64,000 bases of DNA from Marsupella aquatica. Lineage: Eukaryota > Plantae > Marchantiophyta. The notes under the pieces are model-generated. The model was not told the DNA's origin, made no database searches, and saw only the letters and a program-made list of their open reading frames with translations. The stretch's first letter is position 1; each line of letters starts with the position of its first letter. This document shows positions 25,201 through 37,800 of this stretch, one piece after another. The position numbers were made by a program, and so were the translations under genes. The stretch lies in NCBI GenBank assembly GCA_973895155.1, contig OZ316897.1:7678470-7742469 (forward strand), in the 5' to 3' direction.

Positions 25201-25595
25201 TCTCCCTCGTCCAGTATGAGAAACCCCAAAAGCTCGTGACAAAGAGAAGTCGTCTTGACAGAACGTGAAACAATGATCGTCTGGAGCCGTTCGGAGTCGA
25301 TACGTCAAGAAGATTTATGAATAAACATCACAATACAAAACACGTATTGCATTCACCGCATTATTGATTAGCGCGGTATCAAACGACCCTAAACTGCACA
25401 GTGACGGGTTGGACAAGTCCATCGCACTCATGGTTGAAGTCTGGTCCAGTCGTTGTACACAGTTAAGCAAGAAAGTGTGTTCGCCCTCCCAAATGTGTAC
25501 GTCGTGCTTCCCACGCCCCAATGTGTACGAAACTGTTAAAGGGGGTAGATTGAGGCACTTTCGAACATAAGGGGTCTATTAAGCATATACCTCTC
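22280..25595 (-). mobile_element. Truncated Mutator/MULE element with spliced, decayed MuDRA-like transposase
   Basis: ORF 23130-24041: CPFRV, HNC, Y.QMWRAK, FYRAFI, VSLDACH, DGN, E...NW.WFL, D..KGL..AV..VWP. ORF 22280-22687 ends at the SWIM start CTC. MULE-like terminus ggggtctattaagcatatacctc at ~25571-25593 (right boundary approximate). Confidence 0.8.
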
Positions 25596-28500
25596 TAAAC
25601 ATTTACAATTCACTAATTCAGTATATACCTTATTTTTAAGATTAAAACGTTGAGTTGGCGAAAATCCAGGCAAATAGTTATTTGTGCATGTGTTACGGAG
25701 GCTAGCCAAGTGGGGCTCGGCAGTACAGGACATACAGTGTACGCAGTACCATAAAGGCACTTCCAGAGACTAGGCTTCCTTATGGTTCGCACTAGATAGG
25801 GGAGAAACACTAATGAGTAATGAAGAAACAGGACGTATATTTATGAGAGACGTACTCTCTCTCTCATCAAACCGTATGTCAGTTGACTGTCAAAAAGCTT
25901 ACCCGACCGGAGGCAGGAGAGTCGGATGAGGTCGGGTTAGGTTGGGACAGGGGGCGTTTCCTCTGCATTTTACGCGGACCGCTTGTGTGGACGTGGACCA
26001 AAAAGGTCTGTGCATAATTATTGTTGCGTCACATTACACATTCCTAGCTGCGGTACAGGAGCAGAGAATCCATCCAAATCTCGATGAGCATCACAAATGC
26101 AAACCGGCTAAATTCAATCATCTGATTGTTGCCAATCATGTCCAGCATTTCCTTGGAAATTCTTTCGTACAATTTCATGATCCATTAAAATCCCTTTTCA
26201 TACAGTACCAGTTCCAGACGATGTCCAAATTCTAATTCCTCCGTGCGCCACTGGTCGAAATTTAGCTGAAATTGAGTAGGGTTCGGGCCTTCAGGTCCAA
26301 GTACAGTGATGTACGGCCCTGTGCCATGAAATTTGTTTCATGTGTTGGAGCGAGGGAAATTCTAAATCTTGATTACTGTTTGAGGTTGCAAAAGACAATT
26401 TTAAATCTTCTGAGAATAGAGATCACCCATATCTTTTTTGGAACGCGCAGTGAGGCTGAGAAACATAGCTCGGTGTGGACCTATAGTAGCTACACATTGG
26501 TTTTCATGTACAGCAGTGTACACTATTTTTACTACTAATGCCGTAGTGGTACTTCCAGTGACATTCTACGGCACCCACCTCTTTGCCCGCAGGCACAAAC
26601 AGAAAAATATGAACTTGGTACTAGCTGGAGGTGACAAAATCAAGTGTTTCTTGTTAATTAAACATATGGTGTAAACCGGTCAAGTCTTATATAGTTAAAC
26701 CTAGACCATCAGATCTTGGCGAATGATTTCAATGCACTACTGTTTTACCCCTAACACAGCGCCCAGGCCAGTTAGAATATGGTCAAAACAGGGACTTTAG
26801 GCAAAAAAGAAGTTTTCTCACACAACGCCATATTAACATAGCTCCATATTAACACAATGCAAAATTGACTTTGTGCTCAAAAATGTGCACAAGTGACTAT
26901 AGGAGAAAAGTAACTGGGTTGCAATTACAATGCGTTACTTAAAATAGTCCAACAACATCCACTCTTTCAACTTACTAAATTCATCATCCTCTGAGAAATG
27001 TAAACTAATGTCAAAATCCTTCATTCTTGGAGAAGTGTGCGTTATTTCCAAAATGTTAAGCAGCAATCCAGAAATATAGATATATTGTTCTGCTGTGAAT
27101 ACTTTCTCTATTTCCAATTTTCCATTGCCCTCAAGATCTAGGCACTCCAATAGAAACAAAGCAGTCTCACTAACATTCCAGATTGCATGAAGAAAGATTA
27201 AATAATAGAAACGAGCAAATTGGCCACAGTAAACCGAACAACTGTGAAAAGTGGGCGAATATGTTTTACTAAGTGATAATAGTACACTTGGTATGTATAG
27301 TTTGTCAGGTTTTATTTTCTATTGCAAATTTGATTTCTCCCCTTCTGTAATTTCAGTGTTTCAAGTATTTAGCTACACATCCTTTGACTGAGAAAATATT
27401 GTTGGGAAGTCAGAAAACCTAAACTTGAACACACTCCTCTCTAATACACATAACTTCTATGCCTATCATTCCTACTTACACCTTATATGTATCTCACAAT
27501 GCCAAAATTCAAGCATATTACCTTAAATTTTGATGGATTCTTAGATGGTCCATCAGATTTCTGTATGGGCCTGGCAGAAGGGTGGAAGCATGGTGCCTTA
27601 CCCCTGGTCCCAACTAGGAGCAGCCAGTTTTTCTAGGCAAATTCTTGCATACATCTTCCCTAGAAAATGCTTAGCTACCCAGCACAAAACGAACATTGTT
27701 TTCCTCTTAATTGGCCAAATCCTTACCTAACTAAGATGGTTCAATCATCACATCTAATGGTTCTCCTTAAATCTAGGGAAACCTCACCATTCACATGGAT
27801 GTGTCAGAAATGTAATGACAGAAAAGAACTCCACAGGAGAGAACTGGCCAATCACACTCCTTTTTCAGATTGAGAGAAAAAAAATTGGATGGTGAGGAGA
27901 CTGATGCCCTCGTGGAAAGAGAGCATCAAACGTGGAGAACAGAACCTTTTAAACCGCCGCTGTCCCCTGAAGCACAATCCATGCTAGTCAAAAATGTTCT
28001 TAAAAGTAAAATAGTAAATTGGACGAAAAGTGACTATTTTGTGCTCCTGCAGCTTCCGGGACAGTGGCCGTATCTATCTATCCAATCGTCGTCGAAGAAA
28101 GGAGGAAATCTGTGGAGGAATACTACCCACAGAAAGGTAATGTTTTTACCTTTTTGAGGGGGTAAAAACAGAAAATAAATCTAAACAAGGACAAACGTGT
28201 TTGGTGCAGCCCAAGTAATAACGACGACGGAAAGCATACGGTATCTTACCTGCAATCATACCAAAATATGTAATTTATTATAATACCCCTGACTACACAC
28301 GGCCAAGTCCGAGTGGTGGAAGTTTTGACAGAGGTATGGATGGAGGTGAAGGTTTGGTCACGTGACATGACGGCAGCACCTTTTCCCGTGCCGTCATCGC
28401 TCTGTTGCCTTTTCACCGTGGCCCCCACAAAAAGCCAAAAGGCAATCCTCCCCTGATAGTCCCGTGCCAGGCTCGAAAGCGCCGTACGTGCCATATTTCT

Positions 28501-31090
28501 ACCTTTCTGGGAATTCCCAAGGGCCTTCTGGAAGTACGGTCCGAGAGGACAATCATAGACAATATTCACTCCTTGTCACCCACCACCTCCTTTCATACCG
28601 TATTTCAAAGCGTACCGGCCTACCGGGTACCTCGACTGTAGCGGTACAGTTGAGCGGGCGTCACCCTCTGTGGTTTCTGCGGCCCAAATTCATTTCTAAC
28701 ATTTGGGGGGATTTGCAAAAGGAGGTGTCTGGAGGGGAAGGGTTGCATGGAAAGCAGGTCTATTGTTTATTCTATTTCGTCCAGCAAGTTACCGTATCTG
28801 TTGGTCTACCCAAGCAAAACCAATTTAATGCGCACTTCTCTACCAAATAACAAGGAAAATTAAGCTTGATGGACGAGGGGGTTGCTTTGCCAATTCGCAT
28901 TGACATATAAAGCGCTCTTTCACGTTACACCTATAATTCACAGTGATCACTTGTTTCTGGAGCGACCTTTCCCTTTGAGAAGGGGACCCCAAATAGTTTT
29001 TTGATGTGCTCTTATCAACGATTAGATGCTTGTTTTTGGCAGACTTGTGCATCTGGTTTTTTGGTAAACTTGTGCATCCATTTGGAAAATTTATTGATCT
29101 CTGTTCAAGCTCAAAGTTTTCTAGCATATTCTCTGATGAATCTATTTCTTGACAAAGTTTGAGATTTTTCTGAGATCATTTGTTCTATTGCCAATGTATG
29201 CAAAAATGGTCAAATCTTATACACCGTCAACAGACATTTCACATTTGTGAAGGACTATGCAAGTAGTTTCTGCATGAGCACAACGTACCAGTGGAGTAAA
29301 CTCTTCAGTTTTGTGAAGAATCCTCTGAGTAGTTTGTGCATGGGTAGCAATCTACCACCATGTAAACAAATGGAAACGGCTGCAAAGTAAAGGAAAGATA
29401 TTGGGAGAAAAAATTAGTGACCGGTAAAATAGAACACGGAAACAAGGAAAGGGGAGTCAAGATGTACAGTCTTCTGGGCAGGACACCCCAGCCAGAACTA
29501 GACAAGACCCCACAAGTTCAAAATGACTGATTACATCTGCTCTAAAGTCTTCCAGACGGGCTTCCAAATCTATCTCCTTATACATACTTTACATCCCAGG
29601 AAGCCTTTTTCTTGTGATGTGGGGGGCGCATAAGAGAAAGAAAGCTAGAGCTGAACAGCCATACAATTAGCAGGATGGTTTGGGCAAAGAGAAACCCTTC
29701 ATTTTCTCTAATGAGCAACAATGTTTTAAGGCCCAATACACCAAAGACTTGCTTTTCCTCTCACCCCAACCATTCTGCTAGCTGCGCCACTGTTTTTGAG
29801 TGGTTTTCTCTTCTCCCTCCCCACCAAAGAAGACCAAACCCAAAATTTAAAGCTCAAAGAAGGCCTTCTTCAATATATACAAGAAAAGGATTTGGGATGG
29901 AAGTCACATTTAAGCTTATAGCTTTCTAATATAAAGGAAGTTTTAGAAAATGTGAGTCGAATCGATTCAATTCAATAGCAAGACAAACAAAACCACAAAC
30001 TTTGGGGCTCCTTATTAATGATAGTGTTTATGGATGATTGAACGTGGGTGGAGCGGCGATGGCGGAGCGGCGATGGCGGGAGGCGCAAGAGCTACGGTGT
30101 GCAAGCAAAGACGATGCTACATTGAGGCGGGGCACAGAAAGGGAGATCGGAAGCAGCAGATGTAAAGGAGGAAACGAGAAGGGAATGTTAGTGGCAGGAT
30201 CAGCAATTAGTACAGACTCTGATCAACGTTGGCCGGGGAATGGATTGCACATACACCAGCAAAGCAAAGGACAATTCCGGATGAAGATAAGTGACCAAGC
30301 TTGCAATACGATATCATAGCTGAAATAAACTAGCAATTGAATTGAGTCAATCAAGAACAAACCTAGTAGGTCCAGAACATAGTCGAGAAAGGCAGAGAGA
30401 AAAATGTAAATGAACTGACAATAAGACATGAACGCTGCTCTAGGAACAGGGTGAAGTCAAGTTAGAAACTCAGAGAATTCGCGGGAGGCGCATATCTCCA
30501 ATAACAAAAATGCTAACACCAGCAACACTAAATCAAACCCCAGCTTGAGGTAAAACAGTAATTAGTCATACCTGGAAAAGAGGAAGATCACATGGAAAAA
30601 CGGAGAACAAAGAACGCTCACAAGACAGGAATAACAATGCCAGCAGGAAGACCGGAAGCACCAGAAATAGCTGACAAATGACAGGGAATAAGAGGTAAAC
30701 ACACAGACAGAAACAAGAAGATATAACCCAACAGCTTCGTGTACCAAAAAGGAGGAATGGCAGGAGGGAATTCAAGAACGTCGGAAGAAACCCAAAGAGG
30801 GAATAAAAATACAAACAAGAAGGTACCAACAATGTCAGGAAAAGGAATAAAGAGCACATCAGGGAGCACGGTCAAGAAAACTCATAACAAGAAGTGCAGA
30901 AGGAATATTTGTGGAGAGCATCGACTCACCAAAGAAAAACCAAGACAAAAGAGTCACACCAAAAGCGGAAGAAAAGAAGTAAAGACACGCACAATTTATA
31001 CAGAAGCAGAATCATTCGTCAAGAAGTCTAGGAATCAAGTGGTCCAGCCAGCAAGATACAGTCCGAATCAGCAAATTCACACCGACCACA

Positions 31091-32500
31091 ATGGCAAAGC
31101 TTAGTGAAATCTTCAAGGCAGAAGGGCTAGCATGTGCAAGGGAAGATAACCCATCTAAGCAAGTGGAGGAACTTGCAGGTGCATCAAACACAACAACCTC
31201 AGCGCAGGAATGCAGACCGGAAGAACTAATGGCAGATGAGGGAGGAGGCAACATGAACGGCCTAGACATAGTCACAAATTCCATCAACAAGTGGACGATC
31301 ACATCCGAATGCAAAGCTGCAATCAACTCCCTGTCGGCGTCCGCTCAACAGGCGGACAACTCGAAGGTAAAGCTACAACTGGATGTAAGTATAAACAAAG
31401 CGTCTACAACCGTCACCGAGCTCATCTCCAATGCAGTACTGTTCTTCTTTGCTGGAAGAGTTCCCACGTATCTCCAATTCCTAAAGTGGTCTGAATACGA
31501 ATTCTGGTTTAAGAGGAAGTGGAAGCTGAAAAATGTTAAGTTCGTGGGGAAGAACTATTTTCTAATCATGTTTTACTCGGCAGACCACAAGCGGCTAGCA
31601 CTAGGTAACTCACCTTGGTACCTAGGCAACCAGTATGTGTATTGTGCTCCGTGGGACCCTGCATTCTCACTTTGCTCGTCTTTTCTGGGGAGGATGCCGA
31701 TCTGGGCTGATCTGAAATATAGGGAGCTGGCATTGGATGGTTGTGGTCAACAGATGTTTGCACGGATGGGAGAAATCCTTCAATTCTATCCAGCTTCTGA
31801 TGGATCCTCATCCCCGCACGACCATGCCTGTATTCTGTGGGACATGAACCAGCCGCTGCCAGAAATTCTGGTTATTCGATTGTGTATCGAGGATGGAGAT
31901 GATCCTATCACCATTAACCAGCACATAGAGTATACACACATTCCCTTTGTATGTTTTAAATGCAAGGAGCTAGGACACGTTGCCTCTGACTGCCCAAGGA
32001 TTATTCCTGGACCAACCCCCGTAGTGGATAACTATCCCAATCAATCCATCCATCTGGAGGAAAATCGCACGACACCTCCCTCCCAAGACGAATGGTTTGA
32101 TAACCAGTGCTTAACTGATTCTTGGGCTCACTCCGGTCGGAGGCGGCTACCAGACTCAACTATAATATCTGAGGGGCTGCTCCCCACTCCATCCCTTAGT
32201 CTCGTTACGAATGCAGTAAAGATACCATATAGTATGGTTCTAGAGAATAGGGATTCTATCAGGATCTCGAGATCACAAGTTCTCTTCCCGGCAACCAACC
32301 ATATTATCCCTATCCAACGGAGGAAGAACCACCTAGACCCGGATGATCTCTCCATTGCACTCCGGGCTGATAATGGATACCTTCGGCTGCCCTCTCTAGG
32401 AAGGACGCAGGTGCCCTCTTCATATATTCAGATGAGAGACTTTGGCTACCCGAACCTTCTCGCCCCAGCTGAGTCCGGAGGCGTGTCCACAAGGGAATGA
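31091..32500 (+). CDS. LINE ORF1 (DUF4283-like region plus CCHC knuckle)
   Basis: GKNYFLIMF...AL.NSPW.....WDP.F...PIW and CFKCKELGHVASDCP. Probably continued through 32561-32941 before decay. Confidence 0.88.
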   Translation: MAKLSEIFKAEGLACAREDNPSKQVEELAGASNTTTSAQECRPEELMADEGGGNMNGLDIVTNSINKWTITSECKAAINSLSASAQQADNSKVKLQLDVSINKASTTVTELISNAVLFFFAGRVPTYLQFLKWSEYEFWFKRKWKLKNVKFVGKNYFLIMFYSADHKRLALGNSPWYLGNQYVYCAPWDPAFSLCSSFLGRMPIWADLKYRELALDGCGQQMFARMGEILQFYPASDGSSSPHDHACILWDMNQPLPEILVIRLCIEDGDDPITINQHIEYTHIPFVCFKCKELGHVASDCPRIIPGPTPVVDNYPNQSIHLEENRTTPPSQDEWFDNQCLTDSWAHSGRRRLPDSTIISEGLLPTPSLSLVTNAVKIPYSMVLENRDSIRISRSQVLFPATNHIIPIQRRKNHLDPDDLSIALRADNGYLRLPSLGRTQVPSSYIQMRDFGYPNLLAPAESGGVSTRE

Positions 32501-32937
32501 TTTGGGGTCAGGGCTCCCCCACTTCCTATTCCGTCGGCTGTTGCTTTATCAAGGGATCACATGGCTGTCTGCAATCAAACAGATGCGGGAGGGATGGGGG
32601 CCCACTCAACTCAAGCGGAGCCAATCAGGAGGACCAAGCAGCTTATCCGGGCTACAGGAAGGAGAGTGATTAAGAAGAAGCAGAAGACGCACTCTCTTTT
32701 CACAGTATCGACACCAAGGCTCTCAGGTAACACTTTCACAACTCTTCTATATAACCAGATCTTGGGTGAGGGCCCTGAGGGATACACATCCCAAGGCGAG
32801 TCAACATCGATGGAAGAAGAATTTGAACGGGACAGCAATTCCTCAAGCTCCGAGTATGAACGATATCGGGTTCCACATCAACAAACAAGGAAGTACACTA
32901 AGGTTCTCTCTCTCCCATCATCTGTCTGGCTCACTAA

Positions 32938-34850
32938 ATGACAACTCTAATAAATCTTGCATTCTGGAACGTATTGGGACTTTGTGATCCTAACCAAAAA
33001 TATGTTATACGTAAGTGGATTAGGGACCTAGGCTACACTTTGCACGTTCTCTCTCTTCTGGAGATTAAGGCTGATGAATTCCGACTAATCTCCGCTCTTA
33101 CCTTCTTGCTCCCAGGTTACCAAACCCTTATTTCTCCCCCACTTGCGGGGAAGGGGGGAGCAGCCATGCTGGTCCACCCCTCCCTTTGTATTCTAGATTC
33201 TGGTATCTCACCCATAAGTAGCGTCATTTGGGCGAGGATAAGGAGTGACATGGGCAATTTTGGCATTGTAAGTTTATACGCCTCTAATGTCTCTTCGGTC
33301 CGAACCAGCCTATGGATGCACCTCTATAATACCCTGCCAAGGGGTGACTGGATTTTTGCAGGAGACTTTAACATGACAGAGGAAGCACGAGATTCAGTCG
33401 CAGCACACTCGTCGTTGCTTTCGGGCTCTGAGTTGACATCCTGGTGTGACTTGAAATGTAGATTCGACCTATTGGATGTTTCTAATATTGTTTGCTGCGT
33501 ACCTGGGTCCTGATACACATGGAGACAAGATACACTATCAGGAGTGCTCCAGTCCCGTCTGGACCGGTTTTATATAAGCAACCGGGGAGCCTGGTTTTGT
33601 AATATTATATCCTTAATCCATCATCACGATCGACCCCTCTCTGACCACTGTCCGGTCTCTCTCTCTGGGATTATCAACTCTCAAACCATTGACGCTAGAG
33701 ATTCTCTTAGATCCTCTTACTTCAAGGCCAACTCTTGGGTTCTGGGAAATGAAAATAATATGGAACGGCTGAAGCTTGCCTGGCTGGACTCCTCTCCCTG
33801 ACCTGAGGACCCATGAGTAGCTTTTCTGTTGGCCAGTAAACGACTTCGTTGGGAGTATATAACCATACAATCTAAAAAAAATGACAAACAAATTTTTGAG
33901 TCTGATCTTCGATCGCGAGTACTCTCTTTGCGTTCTTTGGCGGACTCCAACTGCTCGGGAGACTCTTTATCGGACTTACGTAGGGCTGAATCTGATCTTC
34001 AAGACTTTGAATTTAGGGAAGCCATCGCTTTGAGAAGGAAATCTAGAATTAGGTGGCTAGGAGTAGGGGACGCATCCACAAAATTCTTCTTTAATATCGT
34101 CCGCATTCAACAGCAGCGTGCGTCAATCCCGATCCTCCGTCTAGATGATGACACCCTCCTATCAGACAGAGATCTGATCCTTAGCAAAGTAGGGATTGAC
34201 GCACCCTTAAATTGTTGGATTTCTCCTCTCCTGATTTTGGGACATTTAACGTAAGGTGGGGAGTGTCGGACTCTGTTGGTGTTTGGCAGCGCAAATGGAG
34301 GAGGATTTGGCGTTCTGATCTATCCAATCATGGGAAGATCTTTTTGTGGCGGGTGCTGGCTGCTGGGTTGTTCACAGGGAAACATGCCCTCCAATGTGGA
34401 CGCGGTGACGGCATGTGCCCATTTTGCAGGACCTGCCCGGAGGACAATCCCCATATTTTCTTTCTGTGTACACAGGCCTCCATTGCGTGGAATCGCACGG
34501 CTTGGTTCTATGAGCGGGTGCCAGCTCTCTCTCACCTGCCCGAGGGAAGCTCCTTCCTTTGTCTTCTGGATCAGTCTTTGGGCCGGTCTCCCAGGCTTTC
34601 CGCTCGTCTTTTTGTTGTGTATGAAACTGTTTGGCTCCTTTGGAAAAATCATAACACCAAGGTGTTCCGGGGCCAGTCTGTCACCTTTTCCCCCTTTGCA
34701 GTTGCTTCCTCTGTGGTTCTCCACCTTCATGCGGTGGCGCTGTGTTCCGACTCTGAAACTCAAGTTCGGCGGCTATACTACGCTGGGAAATACATCTCCA
34801 ATCCCTTAGGCAGCCATCTCCTGCTTAGGCCTCCTATTTCCTTTGCTTGA
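32938..34850 (+). pseudogene. LINE ORF2: APE endonuclease joined almost directly to zf-RVT
   Basis: WNVLGL, GDFN, SRLDRFY, LSDHCPV and W...GD..TKFF, then at ~34190 it jumps to KIFLWR...CPFC...EDNPHIFFLC. Several stops. Confidence 0.88.
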
Positions 34851-37800
34851 TGGCTCTAGTGCTCCTTGTCTAGACCTTCTGTTGCCTTCCCGGTTTCCTT
34901 TGGCGGACTTCACTCCTCGTGTTCCTGGTTCACCTACCTTCCTACCCTTCATCTCTTGTTCGTCCAGGACCCTTCTTTTCTTGTTTGTCCAGGACCCTTC
35001 CCTGGTCTCTGGTCTCTGCCAACGTCCTCCCCCTGCTCTGGGCTTTCCCTCTCGGGCTTTTTTCTGGCTGGGCTGGGTCGTTTCCGGTGGGGTCCTATAT
35101 GAGTGTGCTCCCTTTGGCTTTGGGGCTCCCCCTATTGGAGGGCTCTGCTTCGGATCCTGGTGTGTGGCTGGCCGGCGGTGTTCCATGATCCGGATCCTCT
35201 TCTTCCTCGGTTGTTCTGGTTGGTTGCTCTGGGCTGCGGTTTGGTGGTTCGGCATGGAGCTCGGCGTTCCCCATTTCTGGTTTTCTTGCCCCGGCTCTGG
35301 GCTTGGGGGCTACTTGCCTGGATGGATCTCATCTTGGCTCCCGGCTCCATTTCTCCTCTGCTTCTCCTCTGCTGTGATATATAGGCTTTAGACTTTCGTA
35401 GGACCGGTTGGGGTGGCTGCTTCCCTTCGTGGCAACCAGCTCCTCGGATATTCTTCCTTCTTCCGCCCTGCTTTTGGGCTGGCTTTTTTGCTGTCTTTCT
35501 CTGAGTTTTAGTCTCCGGGATATTCTCTAGCTTAGTGATTAGTTAATTACTTTTTTGCGTCCTGGCACACATTCTCCTCTCACCACCCCAGGTTGGCTGC
35601 TCTCTCTCTGATTTGCGTTGCCATGCTCCTCATTTTTTCAGGAGGTACTCCTTGGATCTGTTGGGGTTTTGGCTGACTCCTTTCTCCACTGGGCCGGATT
35701 GTCTGCTGCTGGTGTTGGGGTGTTCCTTTCCTCGGGGTCCTCTCGGCTTGAATGGATCTGTCCTATTGGGATCCTACCTGGCGTTGCGGCCAACTTTGAG
35801 TAGTTATCCAATACTCTGGTTTTGCCCTGGGTCTTCTTTTGAGATCTCTCGGTTGACGCTATTCTCCCGATGCCGCGACTCCCTGCACCCAATCACCTGC
35901 TCTCCACTGGGCTCTTGTTCTTGCTCCGTGCTGGACATTCGACGGCTCCTTTACCTGATTCGCTGATTGCTGGTGCCTTCTCTTGTGGACCGGACCCATC
36001 CCCCCTGGGTCCTTGTGGTTGCCCCCATTTCCCATCATCAAATGGCTACTCCCGGGTGGAGATTCTGGTGGGGATGGTGAAGCGAACTTGGTGTGGACTG
36101 GGGGGCACTCTCTTTCCTCCTCTCTTGGATCGAAGGTTTGGAGCATTCCTCTTGCGTGGTTCTCGTGTGGCTGGTGCTGCTGCTTTTCTGGCGATTCCCG
36201 CTGCATTCTACTAGTGGGATGTGGCTCCGTGGCTGTCTGGGTTGGAGTCGGCTCCCGGTGATTTCGGTGCAGCTGGGGCTTCCTTGCGGTCTTCGTAGTG
36301 GTTCGGCTTTCCTGGCTGGTGGTGTGGGGGGTAGGCCTGATCTTTCCGGGTCCCAGGGTGCATCCTGGCTCTGTGGGCGACTTGGCGGCCTTTCGGTTGG
36401 GGCCGGCATTCTCCCTTTCTTGTGTGGTGGTTTTTTGGGGGCTCTTCCCCCCTCTGGCTTTGGTTCGCCGCCTCCTTCCCTCTGGCGGTCTGCTTGGTGC
36501 GATGGCTTTTCCTTGGTTGCCTCCTCCCCTTTTGGCATCCGGCCTTCTGTTGGCTTCTTCTCTCTGGGTGTGCTCCTCCTCTTAGCCCCCTTGATTGTGG
36601 TTCTCTTTCTTTCTTCCTCTGCCCCCTCCTCCTGGGCGAGTTTGTTTGTTTCCCCCTTGGAATAAAGTTGTTGGGGCCCTGTCCCCTTTGAAAAAATAAA
36701 TTAATAAAATAAATAAAATAAAAAATGATAGTGTTTATGTTCCATTTACCAAGTTTTTCCATCAACAAAGCTGATTCAAAGCTGGCCCTCGTAAACGTGC
36801 ATGCATTCATACTTCAGCCATCGTAAAATTACGGTCGTGTAGGAAATGAATGGAGACCTTTTCATTTATGAGTAGGCATCGGACGGAAATCTAAGTGGGA
36901 GGAGAAAAATATCAACGATGCGTTCCAGACAAACCAAAGTCAACGATGTTGGGGAATCTTTTGAAAAGTAAGTGTCCGTCAAAAGGTACCTTTAGCGGAC
37001 AACGACACCCACGTTCAACCTTCATAACTCGGCGAGCGTTTAGGATAGACTTTCATGTGCAAACCCTCCCTACTCCCATCGTCCTCATCATCGGCCCCAA
37101 AATTTCCCTTCCCAATGCTTTCTTGTCTCATGGTGACAAGAAAGAACAAATACTACAGTGACATCTCCTTCGTCTGCTGCCGTAACAACAATAATATCTA
37201 CTGTAATTAAATCTTCGCGTGTCAGATCATCCCTATAGTGAATTACCAGAAAGGCTGGAAATCCTCTCGTCCATACCACAGGATCTATCAAAAGGGGTTG
37301 TTAGACTGCAAATAGAAGAACAACAAATCTACAGTAGACGGGCACAATTTGAAAAAGATGTTTCAAGCAAATAAAATCTGACGAGCACAAGCTGAAAAGA
37401 TGTTTCCAGGCAAATAAAATCTGTCAGGATGAAGGGCAGGCTTGCAAAGTACGAACAAAAGGTTTGATGACTACAACGCAGATATACTACACCGCAGATA
37501 CGAGATAGAGAACTTTACTGTTCCAAACACAGTACTACATTGTGAGCAGTACGATACCACACTATAATGAAAGTTGCATCTCCCGCTGTCACGAGACCGG
37601 CAGAAATGTGACGAGTCGCACCGGTGGCGGGTGCTGTCGCGAAAAGGTCTGCAGTGAGATTCATTTGAGCGCGCACAGTGCGGGAAAAGTAGCGGCGTCA
37701 GAGCGAGTGCATGGTACCGGATACCCGGAGGTGGGCCGGCCAGCTTTCCTCCCGGACTAGCTCTACCGCCGATTTAGTCTTGGCCCGTAGGGAGCTTAAT

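Larger units (their letters stand above)
30033..36723 (+). mobile_element. L1-clade LINE with both ends and TSD but no RT domain
   Basis: Perfect 16-bp TSD aatgatagtgtttatg at 30017-30032 and 36724-36739. A-rich tail at 36691-36725. ORF1 plus ORF2 remnants. Confidence 0.92.

Noticed and set aside
34806-36810. Many overlapping ORFs on both strands
   Set aside because: The strongly skewed, A-poor composition of the LINE 3' trailer depletes stop codons; no domain motifs seen.
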